NCBI GenBank assembly: GCA_963788195.1
Contig: CAWBGA010000004.1
Coordinates: forward strand, 85,099-149,098
Reading direction: 5' to 3'
Length of the DNA: 64,000 nt
Source: Nitrospirota bacterium
Lineage (GTDB): Bacteria; Nitrospirota; Nitrospiria; Nitrospirales; NS-4
The position numbers were made by a program, and so were the translations under genes. This document shows, in pieces, positions 38,298-48,381 of the stretch; positions within the stretch are counted from its first letter, which is position 1; every line of letters starts with the position of its first letter. The notes under the pieces are model-generated. The model ran no database searches and was not told the origin of the DNA. It saw only the letters and a program-made list of their open reading frames with translations.

Positions 38298-40052
38298 CTA
38301 CACAACTTCCCGAATTTTATTTTCGATGACCGTTTTGATGAGGTCCCAGCGGTCCTTCTGGCCGCGGGCCATTGACTCCATGAAATGCCAGACCTGCTGA
38401 GTCGTGATCTTTCCCGGCAAGGGCGGCTCATTCGGATCCACCACGGCTTCAACTACGGCCGGCCCTGGGTGCGCAAACGCCTCCCGCAGGACGTCATGCA
38501 CCTCCGCCGGATCTTGCACGGTATAGCCCGCTGCTCCACAGGCCCGCGCGAATGCGGCGAAGTCAATCGGTTGTAATTGCACGCCGTATTGCGGATTGCC
38601 TTCAAAAGCTATTTGCTCCCATTTGATCATCCCTAGCACGTTATTCTTAAGAATGATTACTTTCACCGGCAAGTTATACTTCACGACCGTCGCGAGTTCC
38701 CCCATGAGCATTGTGAAGCCTCCGTCGCCAGCGAAGCAGACTACCTGGCGACCTGGATGAGCCACCGACGCGCCGATGGCGTACGGCAACCCGTTCCCCA
38801 TGGAGGCGAGTGTTCCTGACGCCGAGAATTGCATGTTGCCTTTAATCTGAATGTGTCGCGCTGCCCACGTCGTAACAGTGCCGGTATCACAGCAGATGAT
38901 CGCATCATCGGCCAGAAAGTCATTTAGCTGTCGTGCGACCACCTGTGGCTTGAGCGGCATGTCGGTGCGCGTGCCACGCTCCTCCATGAGGTGATTCCAT
39001 TTTTTCATGCGCTCCTGTGCCGTATACAAAAAACTGCGCTCCGTTTTGGTCTCAATTAAGGGGAGTAGGGCTCTAAGGACATCCCAACAATGCCCGACAA
39101 GACCGACCTCAACCGGGTAGCGAAGCCCGATACGGGCAGGCTCAATGTCGATCTGCACGGCGCGGGCGTGTCCAGGTTTCGGATAGAATTCAAGATATGG
39201 AAAGCTGCTGCCGCAGATCACCAGAGTATCGCATTCTTCCAGCGCTTCTTGAGATGGGGCAGTCCCCAACAGGCCGATGCCGCCCGTGGTATATGGATTA
39301 TCATCCGGCACGACGGCTTTCCCAAGGAGAGGCTTAATAATCGGCGCCCCGGCCTTTTCCGCCAGTTGCAGGATTTCTTCCCGTGCAGTAAGAGCACCGC
39401 GGCCGGCGAGGATGGCGACCTTTGATCCACTGTTGATAATACGAGCCGCTTCCTCGAGCGATCGTTGAGGAGGCAACGGCAAGGCGTCATGATACACGTC
39501 GGCGCTGTGCCTGGCGATATTGGTTGGAGAGGCATGGCTATCGGCCTGCGACCATCCTTGGATATCTTTGGGGATCGTAATGTGCGCGACCGTTCTCCCG
39601 GAAAGCGCTGTCTTAATAGCTGCGTCCACGACATTATTCACATGCGCCGGGCCCATGATGCGCTGACTGTAGGCGGCCACGTCCATACACAGCCTGTCGA
39701 GGTCGACATCCTGCTGGTAATGGGTCCCGATCAAGTCATGGAAGGTATGGCCCGTGATGGCAAGGACGTGTTGTCCATCAAGCTTCGCGTCGTACAGACC
39801 GTTTAGCAAATGGATACCGCCCGGACCCGATGTCGCCAGACAAACCCCTAATCTACGCGTGTACTTCGCATAGCCGCATGCGGCAAAAGCCGCGGCCTCC
39901 TCATGCCTGACCTGAATCAGTCGTATCCGGTCTTTACGGGTTCTCAGTGATTCGTAGATTTCATTGATGCCATCGCCCGGGAGGCCAAATATGACCTCAA
40001 CCCCCCAGCGGATGAGCCGCTCGACGAGCAGATCTGCCACTGTTTCTGACAT
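38298..40052 (-). CDS. ThDP-dependent pyruvate oxidase/dehydrogenase (PoxB-like)
   Basis: FGLPGDGIN, RHEEAAAF, TSGPGGIHLLNGLYDAK, GDGGF...NN. Confidence 0.9.
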   Translation of the reverse strand: MSETVADLLVERLIRWGVEVIFGLPGDGINEIYESLRTRKDRIRLIQVRHEEAAAFAACGYAKYTRRLGVCLATSGPGGIHLLNGLYDAKLDGQHVLAITGHTFHDLIGTHYQQDVDLDRLCMDVAAYSQRIMGPAHVNNVVDAAIKTALSGRTVAHITIPKDIQGWSQADSHASPTNIARHSADVYHDALPLPPQRSLEEAARIINSGSKVAILAGRGALTAREEILQLAEKAGAPIIKPLLGKAVVPDDNPYTTGGIGLLGTAPSQEALEECDTLVICGSSFPYLEFYPKPGHARAVQIDIEPARIGLRYPVEVGLVGHCWDVLRALLPLIETKTERSFLYTAQERMKKWNHLMEERGTRTDMPLKPQVVARQLNDFLADDAIICCDTGTVTTWAARHIQIKGNMQFSASGTLASMGNGLPYAIGASVAHPGRQVVCFAGDGGFTMLMGELATVVKYNLPVKVIILKNNVLGMIKWEQIAFEGNPQYGVQLQPIDFAAFARACGAAGYTVQDPAEVHDVLREAFAHPGPAVVEAVVDPNEPPLPGKITTQQVWHFMESMARGQKDRWDLIKTVIENKIREVV

Positions 40053-40283
40053 AAAGCGAACTCCTTGTCGCGTCAGTAAATCCTTCGGATCGCCTTAGAG
40101 ACCGTAGCATAAAATAGGTATAGGCTCTCAAGAGAAAGCCCTTGAAGAGCATACCCAATACCGGACATTTTCAATGTGGAGTCGCGGTTTTTGTATGTTG
40201 CGAAAATCTCCCAGTGCGATAGCCTATACATATGGGTGGACGTCTGGGTATGCAGAAAAAAACCTAACAAAGGAGGTTCCGAA

Positions 40284-41225
40284 ATGAGGAGCCCAGTAGG
40301 ACGAATAGGAGTCCTGGCTTTAGGAATACTGCTCGTTTCGGCCACGGTTCCCGGCGCAGCAGAGCGGCAGTCCGGCCTTCAGCCTGAGACTCCAAAGGAA
40401 CAGCAAGATCAGCAACGTAAGCTTCAGCAGCAGAATCTAGAAGAGAAGCAACGACTTCAAGGGCAGTCCGGTCAAGGGCGAGACGCCGATGTTCCATACA
40501 CGGAAAACCAACCCATCGGCGGGCAAAAACAAGGCGGCCCGTCCGATTTCCCTCAACCCGCATTTCCGTGGGTCAAAGGCGAATTGATGCAGATCGAAGG
40601 TGACTACTATGTCATCAGGGACGCTGAAGGAAAGGACATTCGGGTCCATGTGGACAAAGGGACAAAGATGGAAGACGCCGTGAAGGTCGGCGACTTCATC
40701 GAGGCCAAGCGGACCTTGCAGGGACATGCCGTGTCGATTCGGCAGGCGTCGAGCGCCCCGCAGAGTTCACCTTCAAGCGCGAGCTCCGGAACCGGGCGGG
40801 ATAAGCCGGTCAAAGATGAACAAGTGACGTTGGGTGGGGCCAAGCAAGCCATTCGTGGTGAAGTGCTCAAGGTCGATGGGCAGACCTATGTGGTGAAGGA
40901 CGCCCACGGAAATGAGGTTCGGCTTGCGGTCAATCAGAATACACGTATGTTCTGCGGGGCGCAGACTGGTTCGAGCCTATTACCTGCACCGTCCGCAACT
41001 GATAAGCCCGAGGGCAAAGGGCAGCCCCAAGACCTGGCCCGGACGGCCGAGCAACAAGGTTCCGAAGTGGGCCCGGGCACTAAACCCCAGGCCCGTGATT
41101 CACAGGCCTCTGCGCAATGCCAGTTCAAACCAGGCGAGATGATCGAAGCTGAGGTGTCCGACATGGGTGCTGCGACGTTTATCAAACAGGCTGGTCGGGC
41201 CCAGCCGGGTCAACCTTTACCCTAG
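40284..41225 (+). CDS. Secreted protein with two OB-fold-like (DUF5666-like) repeats (type A)
   Basis: AGGAGG RBS, signal peptide, repeats GELMQIEGDYYVIRDAEGK and GEVLKVDGQTYVVKDAHGN. Confidence 0.75.
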   Translation: MRSPVGRIGVLALGILLVSATVPGAAERQSGLQPETPKEQQDQQRKLQQQNLEEKQRLQGQSGQGRDADVPYTENQPIGGQKQGGPSDFPQPAFPWVKGELMQIEGDYYVIRDAEGKDIRVHVDKGTKMEDAVKVGDFIEAKRTLQGHAVSIRQASSAPQSSPSSASSGTGRDKPVKDEQVTLGGAKQAIRGEVLKVDGQTYVVKDAHGNEVRLAVNQNTRMFCGAQTGSSLLPAPSATDKPEGKGQPQDLARTAEQQGSEVGPGTKPQARDSQASAQCQFKPGEMIEAEVSDMGAATFIKQAGRAQPGQPLP

Positions 41226-41310
41226 GAGAGGAGGATCTCCAAAGCGAAAGGGGAGTCATTAATGGAACGACATCCCCAAGCTCCTTGGATCTAGTCGAAA
41301 GGAGGAGCCC

Positions 41311-41895
41311 ATGAGAAGACAGACAATAACTTGGGTAATGGCGATCTTGATCCTCGGATGTGTCGGCATCATGCCGGTCTATGCAGCTGACCAGCCTACC
41401 GGCAGTTCAAAGGGTTCAAAGGCTCTCGACATACCCGGAAATATTCCACAAACCGGGGATGAGATTCTGGCAAAAAAAGATGCGGAGTTGCTGCGAGGCA
41501 AGTTAGTGAAAGTAGCCGACGAACTTTACACCCTCGAAACGTCGCCCGGTAGGCAAGTCAACATTCGGACGGGCAAAACCACCAAATTTGATGCCAACTA
41601 TAAGGGCATTGAGGGTGATTGGGTAGAGATACTAGTGACTCCTGACCAGCATATTGTGACGCTTAAACGGTCGAGCCCGGCCTATACCGTTGAAGGAAAT
41701 GTGCTTAAGGTGGAGAAAGACTTCTTTGTGGTCAAGGATCCGGCGGGGAAGGAGATCCGACTCAATACCGGATCGGGCACAAAGATCCAAGGAAATTACA
41801 AGGTCGGGGACCTGATTAGAGCTGAATTTACACCCGATGGACAGGCCCTGTCGATCAAGCCAGCCAAACCTCCGGTCGGTCCGGAAGGTGCGTAA
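41311..41895 (+). CDS. Secreted protein with two OB-fold-like repeats (type B)
   Basis: AGGAGG RBS, signal peptide ending VYA, GNVLKVEKDFFVVKDPAGKEIRL. Confidence 0.78.
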   Translation: MRRQTITWVMAILILGCVGIMPVYAADQPTGSSKGSKALDIPGNIPQTGDEILAKKDAELLRGKLVKVADELYTLETSPGRQVNIRTGKTTKFDANYKGIEGDWVEILVTPDQHIVTLKRSSPAYTVEGNVLKVEKDFFVVKDPAGKEIRLNTGSGTKIQGNYKVGDLIRAEFTPDGQALSIKPAKPPVGPEGA

Positions 41896-41903
41896 AAGGA
41901 GGC

Positions 41904-42869
41904 ATGGAAATGAACAGGCAAGCATTATTCATGACGCTGGCCGTGTTGACGAGCTTCGCAGGGGGCTGTGCCACTCAAACCGAGCAGACGGCTTCTTCGG
42001 AGTCGTCCGGATTGCGCTCCGAGAGGCAGCAGGAGCTGCGAGAAAGCGAGCAACGTCTTCAGCGGCAGAATCTTGAAGAGCGAAGACGACTTGAGGGTTC
42101 CAGCACCAAGCAACACAGTTCGACGGAAATTCCACCCTATAGCGAAAATCAACCGATCGGCGGTCAGCAACAGGCCGGCGCAGCGGATTTCCCACAACCC
42201 GCCTTCCCTTTCGTGAAGGGCGAGCTAGTCCAAATTGAGGGTGAATATTATGTCTTGCGGGACGCCGAAGGGAAAAATGTCCGGGTGCACGTGGATAAGC
42301 GCACACAGATGGATGAAAAACTTCGCATAGGGGATACGGTGGAGGTGCAACGAACCTTGCCGGGGCACGCCATCTTTATGCGGCGCGCCTCAGAGCCCAT
42401 GGCGTCTGGAGGGTCGAGCGCGAGTTCTGGCATTGGGTCCGGATCCGGTGATCGTCTGGTGAAGGATTCCCAGGTTACCTTGGGCGGTGCGAAACAAGTG
42501 GTACGCGGAGAAGTTCTGCAGATCGATGGAGACAACTACTTGGTTCGGGACGGTCATGGCAATGAAGTCCGCCTTGCCGTGAACCAGAACACCCGCATAT
42601 CCTGCGGTGGTGACATGGGGCTCTCGTCTTTACCGGCGCCTTCAGCGAGCGATAAACCGGGTACCAGTGGACAGCCTCAGGATCTTTCTCGCACTGCCGA
42701 ACAGCAAGGGTCAGAGGTGGGCCCGGGGACCCGCCCTGGAAGCGACACACGCGCGGCTGGACAATGCTTCAAGCCGGGAGAGTTGATCGAGGCTGAGATC
42801 TCAGATATGGGGGTCGCAACATTTGTCAAGCAAGCAGGGCGTCGTCAACCCGGTCAGGCGCTGCCATAA
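41904..42869 (+). CDS. Lipoprotein paralog of the 40284 gene (type A')
   Basis: Lipobox AGGC; shares ENQPIGG, DFPQPAFP and QVTLGGAKQ with type A. Confidence 0.78.
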   Translation: MEMNRQALFMTLAVLTSFAGGCATQTEQTASSESSGLRSERQQELRESEQRLQRQNLEERRRLEGSSTKQHSSTEIPPYSENQPIGGQQQAGAADFPQPAFPFVKGELVQIEGEYYVLRDAEGKNVRVHVDKRTQMDEKLRIGDTVEVQRTLPGHAIFMRRASEPMASGGSSASSGIGSGSGDRLVKDSQVTLGGAKQVVRGEVLQIDGDNYLVRDGHGNEVRLAVNQNTRISCGGDMGLSSLPAPSASDKPGTSGQPQDLSRTAEQQGSEVGPGTRPGSDTRAAGQCFKPGELIEAEISDMGVATFVKQAGRRQPGQALP

Positions 42870-42916
42870 TGCGTCTCATGATTTGGGGAATAACCGACAT
42901 GCCAAAGGAGGAGAAT

Positions 42917-43483
42917 ATGAGAATCCAAATGGGCCGCAGTCTATTGGCGATATTCTCCGCGTTTATGATCGCTATGCCGCTCTATGCGGCCGATAGGCCT
43001 TCGACCGAAGGTAGCAAGGTGCCGGGAGTCACTCCTCAAACGGGGGGCGAGGAACTATCGAAGAAGGATGCTGAGGTGGTGCGAGGCAAAATATTGAAAG
43101 TGGGCGACGGGTTATACATGATTGAGACTTCGCCCGGTACGCAAGTAACCATTCGAACCGGCACCAGCACTAAGTTTGAAAGCGGCTATAAGGGCGGGGA
43201 AGGGGACTGGGTTGAGGCGCTCGTCAGCCCTGACATGCATCTTGAAACACTCAAAAAGTCCATTCCTGCGTATACGACTGAGGGTCACGTCCTTACAGTC
43301 GACAAAGAGTTTTTTGTGGTGAAGAACTCGGCCGGTAAAGAAATCCGGCTAAACATTGGAGGGGACACAGCAATTCAAGGTAATTACAAGGTAGGCGATC
43401 GAATTAAAGCCGAATTCACCCCGGAGGGGAAGACATTGTCGATAAAGCCGGCCAAGCCTCCGGTCGGTCCTCCAGGTGCTTGA
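42917..43483 (+). CDS. Secreted paralog of the 41311 gene (type B')
   Basis: AGGAGG RBS before ATG 42917; shares KKDAE, ETSPG and SIKPAKPPVGP with type B. Confidence 0.78.
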   Translation: MRIQMGRSLLAIFSAFMIAMPLYAADRPSTEGSKVPGVTPQTGGEELSKKDAEVVRGKILKVGDGLYMIETSPGTQVTIRTGTSTKFESGYKGGEGDWVEALVSPDMHLETLKKSIPAYTTEGHVLTVDKEFFVVKNSAGKEIRLNIGGDTAIQGNYKVGDRIKAEFTPEGKTLSIKPAKPPVGPPGA

Positions 43484-43692
43484 AGCCGGGTGAGATTATT
43501 GACCTAGGTGATATGGGGATGCGGTAAGCGTCGCGAGAACAAGTCGGTTGATGATCGTTGTGCGGGGGCCAGGTCCGGGCCATTACGGATCTGGCCCGGT
43601 CGGTTCCGCGGGTGTAGAGGAGCAGACGGAACCGGCCCAGGAGAGGCTGCGCGAGGGGCGAGAACGATGCAGTCTATGAGAAAGGGGACATT

Positions 43693-44034
43693 ATGAGAAG
43701 ACTCTTAGCGATCGTCGCGGCGCTGGGTTTGTTACTGGCGACAGCCGTTGTGATCGCGGCAGAAGCTACAACATCTGCGGAGAAACTTCCGGCGCCGCCA
43801 CGGACCCCCGAAACCGGCATCGATCCAGGCATTCAGGTGCATCCAGGCCCGACTCCTGACCCGCATACTGCGGTTCCTCCAAAAAATAACCCCGATCCGG
43901 AGATGGCCAAAGATCCGAACGTGATCCCTGATGGTCCTCCGAACGCAGGACGTCTTCCAGCACCGGCCAATGTGGATCCCAATGCGCCGCCTAATACTCA
44001 GCCGAAGCAGCGGCCGGACTCACAGAAGCAGTAA
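43693..44034 (+). CDS. Small secreted proline-rich protein
   Basis: Signal peptide, recurring DP motifs (IDPGI, PDPH, PDPEM, KDPN, VDPN). Confidence 0.7.
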   Translation: MRRLLAIVAALGLLLATAVVIAAEATTSAEKLPAPPRTPETGIDPGIQVHPGPTPDPHTAVPPKNNPDPEMAKDPNVIPDGPPNAGRLPAPANVDPNAPPNTQPKQRPDSQKQ

Positions 44035-44045
44035 CAGTTAGCTGT

Positions 44046-44426
44046 TTAGTCACTTCCGGGAAACGCAATGGTACTTAGTAAGGCGTTTTCCGCTTGGCGT
44101 GAGTCGAGTCGGGTATGCTGTACCACGATAGGGACATCTGACTCGATCACGCATGCATAATCTGTATCAACAGGGATGGGCTCAGGGTCGCGGAGATCAT
44201 TGAAGCGTTGATGTTTTGTGCGTCTGGCTCCCACGGTGACGCGATAGGGACCGACCGGCTCGCGGTCCGCGTAGAAGATGGTGATTTCGATATGCGCCTC
44301 TTGATCCGAAGTGTTGAGAACGCACACGGTTTCATGGCTCGTAAATTGTGGCTCGGGCCCATGACTCCAGCCCGGAATATAGCCCTCCGCAATGGCCCAG
44401 CGCTTGCGACCGATCGGTTTTGGCAT
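44046..44426 (-). CDS. Sensory rhodopsin transducer (ASRT) family protein
   Basis: IGRKRWAIAEGYIP, SHETVCVLN, ESDVPIVVQHTRLDSRQAENAL. Confidence 0.92.
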   Translation of the reverse strand: MPKPIGRKRWAIAEGYIPGWSHGPEPQFTSHETVCVLNTSDQEAHIEITIFYADREPVGPYRVTVGARRTKHQRFNDLRDPEPIPVDTDYACVIESDVPIVVQHTRLDSRQAENALLSTIAFPGSD

Positions 44427-44680
44427 AGCTGATCCTCATACGCTGACAGCTTGAAGGGTAGCGCACGCGCGAGGTCACTCCAACGCTACCTTCGTAGGGC
44501 TCAGAGCGCTGCTTTTGAAAGGTCCGGTGCCTGATGCGCACACCCCAGGGCCATAGGGGAGACGGTGGCTAATGAAGCGTCCTCGTTAGAGTGGTTTAAG
44601 TTACAAAAGGGGAAGTTATGAAGATGGCGCGGGAGATAGATACTCGGTAAATTCGAAGAGCCACAAACAGGAGGTCGGAG

Positions 44681-45022
44681 ATGAAAATAAAATTGCCTAT
44701 GTACATCATAGTGGGGTTGCTGACAATCGTCGGCGTCAGCGCGATCCTCGCCGCCGAGAAGGTCGGGCCCTCTGCGCCTGGAAGTGCCGCCGGCGGAGGG
44801 TTCGGAGGTGCGGATGAAACCATCCAGGCGGAGATCCTGAGGATCGAAGGAGATAAATACATAGTTCGGGACGGGGCCGGAAATAGGGTCAGCTTCCGCG
44901 TAAATGAACAGACGAAGATGGAGGTGAGCCCTCAGGTGGGAGACAGGATCGAGGCCATCTTGACGGAGGGAGGACAGGCCAAGCTGATCAAAAAAGCCGC
45001 GGGTGCTGGTCCGAGTAAATAG
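44681..45022 (+). CDS. Small secreted protein with a single OB-fold-like repeat
   Basis: CAGGAGG RBS, signal peptide, AEILRIEGDKYIVRDGAGNRV...VGDRIEA. Confidence 0.75.
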   Translation: MKIKLPMYIIVGLLTIVGVSAILAAEKVGPSAPGSAAGGGFGGADETIQAEILRIEGDKYIVRDGAGNRVSFRVNEQTKMEVSPQVGDRIEAILTEGGQAKLIKKAAGAGPSK

Positions 45023-45210
45023 CGGCACAAACCTATCCTATGAACGTATTCTTCCGAGTGGAACACAGGTCAGGTCAGCCCATAGGGGCAAGATTTCGCG
45101 ATTTACAATAGCGCCTCTTTTTGGTGTTCTGTTTGTGGGAAAGTACCGATGTCGCCGCTAATAGTCGTTTGATCGTACGGTAAGGATGAAGCTGAGACGA
45201 AACAAGGTTC

Positions 45211-46453
45211 ATGGTTGCCGACCCATTACAAGAAACTAAAGAACGAGATTGTTCAGCTCCGGCTGTCCCAGACACGGTTCCCGAAGCCGCGGCTAAGTCT
45301 GCCGGTCTGCGCTATGTCGGCGATGGCATGCCGGGTATCCGCCGAAAACGGATTGGGAAAGCGTTCACGTATTTCTGTGCGGACGGGAAGCCGCTTCGCG
45401 ACCCGGATGAAATTCGACGCATCAAGTCCCTCGTCATTCCCCCGGCTTGGACCGATGTCTGGATCTGCCCGATTGCGAACGGTCACATTCAGGCGACCGC
45501 TCGGGATATGAAAGGACGAAAGCAGTATCGATATCATCCACGCTGGAGAATGATTCGGGACGAGACAAAATACGACAGACTGATCGCGTTCGGCCAGGTC
45601 TTGCCGAGGATTCGTCGCCGGGCGGAGGAAGATCTGGCAATGCCGGGCTTGTCGCGCGAAAAAATATTGGCTACAGTCGTCTGTCTGCTCGAAATGACCC
45701 TGATCCGGGTCGGGAATGAGGAATACGCCCGACATAACGACTCTTTCGGGTTGACGACCATGCGCGACCGTCATGTGGATGTGAGCGGATCCACCCTTCG
45801 GTTCGAGTATCGGGGCAAAAGCGGGGTGCAGCACAGTGTGGATATCAAAGATCGCCGCATGGCCCGGATTGTCAAACGCAGCCAGGATCTTCCCGGAGAA
45901 GAATTGTTTCAGTACCTAGATGAAAACGGTGAGCGCCACAGCATTGAATCGTCGGACGTGAACAATTATTTGCGCGAAATCACGGGCGAAGACTTCACGG
46001 CCAAAGATTTTCGCACCTGGGCGGGCACCGTGTTGGCGGCCAAGGCGCTTCAGGAATTCGAATGTTGTGATTCGAAAGCTCAGGCGAAGCGCAACATTGT
46101 CCGAGCGATCGAATCCGTGGCAAAGCGCCTCGGAAACACAAAGGCGGTGTGCAAAAAGTGCTATGTTCACCCCGCGCTGCTCCACGCGTATCTCGACGGT
46201 TCTCTCGGACACCATTCGTCAGCCGATCAACAAGGAGATGACTGAACCGCTCAGCGGGTTAAGCCCCGAAGAGGCGGCCGTACTGTCATTCCTGCAGTAC
46301 CGGATGAAGAGTGACGCTGATACAAGGAATGAAAAAGGCAGCCCCCTAGGAAAGCCGCGCAGGAGTACTCTTCGCGTCTTGCTCAAGCAGTCAGTCAGTT
46401 CCATCCGGAAAACACGGTCGAGGAAAGCTGCAAGCGGCGAGGTAGGTATTTAA
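45211..46453 (+). CDS. Bacterial DNA topoisomerase IB; C-terminal tail frameshifted near 46207
   Basis: IPPAWTDVWI, GRKQYRYH, RVGNE, GKSG, KDFRTW, catalytic Tyr in CYVHP; tail LSPEEAAVLSFL lies in a second frame. Confidence 0.9.
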
Positions 46454-46479
46454 GACACGATGTGCTTAAGGATCGAACA

Positions 46480-48381
46480 ATGAAAGGCCCGCGGATAGGC
46501 GGTTGGCACCCTGGCCTGGGCGCAGAGGTCTGCCCTGAAGGAGTCCGCTTTCGCGTATGGGCTCCCAAGCATAAACAGGTAGAGGTCGTGCTTGAGAATT
46601 TGAACGGGCTCATCGTGCCACTTACACCAGAATCCTCCGGCTATTTTTCCGGCGTCGTCGCTCAGGCCACCCCAGGTGCCCTGTACCGATACCGTTTGGC
46701 TGGCGAAAATAGTTATCCCGACCCATGTTCACGCTTTCAGCCTGAGGGTCCTCATGGGCCCTCCATGGTTGTAGACTCCGAAGCGTACACGTGGGGGGAC
46801 GACGGGTGGCTCGGGGTCGAGATGTCTGGTCAGGTGATCTATGAGCTGCATGTCGGCGCCTTTACTCCGGAAGGGACCTTTGATGCAGCAGCCCGTGAGC
46901 TGGATGAACTGAAACGGCTCGGTGTGACCCTTATCGAATTGATGCCCGTTGTGGAATTTCCCGGGCGGAGAAACTGGGGGTATGACGGTGTCGACCTGTA
47001 TGCGCCGGCGCACGAATACGGCGACGCGGAAGCACTCAAACGCTACGTGGACACGGCGCATGCCGTTGGGCTCGGTGTGATTCTCGATGTCGTGTACAAC
47101 CACTTAGGTCCCGACGGAAATTATTTCGGGGCCTACAGCGACGCGTATTTTACCGACCGTTATAAAACCGACTGGGGCGAGGCTATCAACTTTGATGGAC
47201 CAGACTCCAAAGAGGTGCGAGAGTTTTTCGTTCGCAATGCTTGCTACTGGATCAGCGAATTTCATTTGGATGGCCTCCGCCTGGATGCGACGCAGAATAT
47301 TTATGATTCTGGTCCTTTGCACGTCTTGGCCGAGCTGTCCCAGCGGGCGCGCGAAACCGCGGCTCCCAAGAAGATCGTTCTCATTGCTGAGAATGAGCCC
47401 CAGGACATCCGCTGCGTCTTGCCCGTTGACAAAGGTGGGTACGGCCTCGATGCGATGTGGAACGATGACTTTCACCATACTGCCTTCGTCGCCCTGACGG
47501 GTCGGCGGGAAGCGTACTACACCGATTATTACGGGTCCCCTCAAGAATTGATTTCCTCCGTGAAGCGAGGGTTCCTGTATCAGGGACAGCGCTATAAGTG
47601 GCAAAATCAGCCGCGCGGCACGCCGGTCACCACCCAGCCCGCGAGCGCGTTCGTCTTTTTTTTGGAAAATCACGATCAGGTGGCGAACAGCCTCCGCGGA
47701 GATCGGTTGCATGCCATCACGAGCCCCGGGCGGTATCGCACAATGACCGCGCTCATGCTTTTGGCCCCCGAGACCCCCATGCTGTTCATGGGGCAGGAGT
47801 TTGGGGCTTCATCGCCGTTTCTGTTTTTCACTGATCACGGCAAGCTCGCGGACACCGTGTATCAGGGCCGCAAGAAGTTTCTGGCGCAGTTTCCAAGCCA
47901 TGGTTCCCCCGAGGCACAAGAACAAATTCCCCATCCTAACCAGGCGTCGACGTTTGAAATCTCGAAACTGCACTTCTCAGAGCGCAAGACCCACTCCGGC
48001 AGTTATCTATTGCACCAGGACCTGTTGCGGATCCGGCGGGAAGATCCCGTCTTCGTCGTCCAAGCCCGTGAACGAGTCGACGGCGCGACAATCGGTCAAG
48101 ACGCGTTGGTCCTTCGATTCTTTGGGCAGGACGGCGACGATCGACTCTTGTTGGTCAACCTCGGGGTGGATCGCGAATACGATCCGGCGCCTGAACCATT
48201 GCTTGCGCCACCGCAAGACCGGTACTGGCTTGGAACCTGGTCTAGCGATGCGGCGCGATACGGTGGACCCGGGGTTGTCAATCCCTGCCAGGAGAACGGC
48301 TGGCGGCTATCGGGAGAAAGTGCCGTGCTTTTCAAGGCCGTTTCGACGCCGCCCGGCGTTGAGGATCACTTTTCCGCATGA
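46480..48381 (+). CDS. treZ: Malto-oligosyltrehalose trehalohydrolase (GH13)
   Basis: FRVWAP, YELHVG, WGYDGV, DVVYNH, GLRLDAT, WNDDFHH, NHDQVAN. Confidence 0.92.
   Translation: MKGPRIGGWHPGLGAEVCPEGVRFRVWAPKHKQVEVVLENLNGLIVPLTPESSGYFSGVVAQATPGALYRYRLAGENSYPDPCSRFQPEGPHGPSMVVDSEAYTWGDDGWLGVEMSGQVIYELHVGAFTPEGTFDAAARELDELKRLGVTLIELMPVVEFPGRRNWGYDGVDLYAPAHEYGDAEALKRYVDTAHAVGLGVILDVVYNHLGPDGNYFGAYSDAYFTDRYKTDWGEAINFDGPDSKEVREFFVRNACYWISEFHLDGLRLDATQNIYDSGPLHVLAELSQRARETAAPKKIVLIAENEPQDIRCVLPVDKGGYGLDAMWNDDFHHTAFVALTGRREAYYTDYYGSPQELISSVKRGFLYQGQRYKWQNQPRGTPVTTQPASAFVFFLENHDQVANSLRGDRLHAITSPGRYRTMTALMLLAPETPMLFMGQEFGASSPFLFFTDHGKLADTVYQGRKKFLAQFPSHGSPEAQEQIPHPNQASTFEISKLHFSERKTHSGSYLLHQDLLRIRREDPVFVVQARERVDGATIGQDALVLRFFGQDGDDRLLLVNLGVDREYDPAPEPLLAPPQDRYWLGTWSSDAARYGGPGVVNPCQENGWRLSGESAVLFKAVSTPPGVEDHFSA

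Noticed and set aside
38298..40052. ThDP enzyme as the missing phosphonopyruvate decarboxylase
   Set aside because: Its length and motifs (GPGGIHLLNGLYDAK, central FAD-binding region) are pyruvate oxidase-like; it is 12 kb away on the opposite strand
40284..43483. CRISPR array or mobile-element repeats
   Set aside because: The repeats are diverged protein-coding paralogs, with no identical spaced DNA repeats, cas genes or transposase
45211..46245. Tyrosine recombinase/integrase marking a mobile element
   Set aside because: Motifs match TopIB; no att sites, tRNA or phage genes were seen
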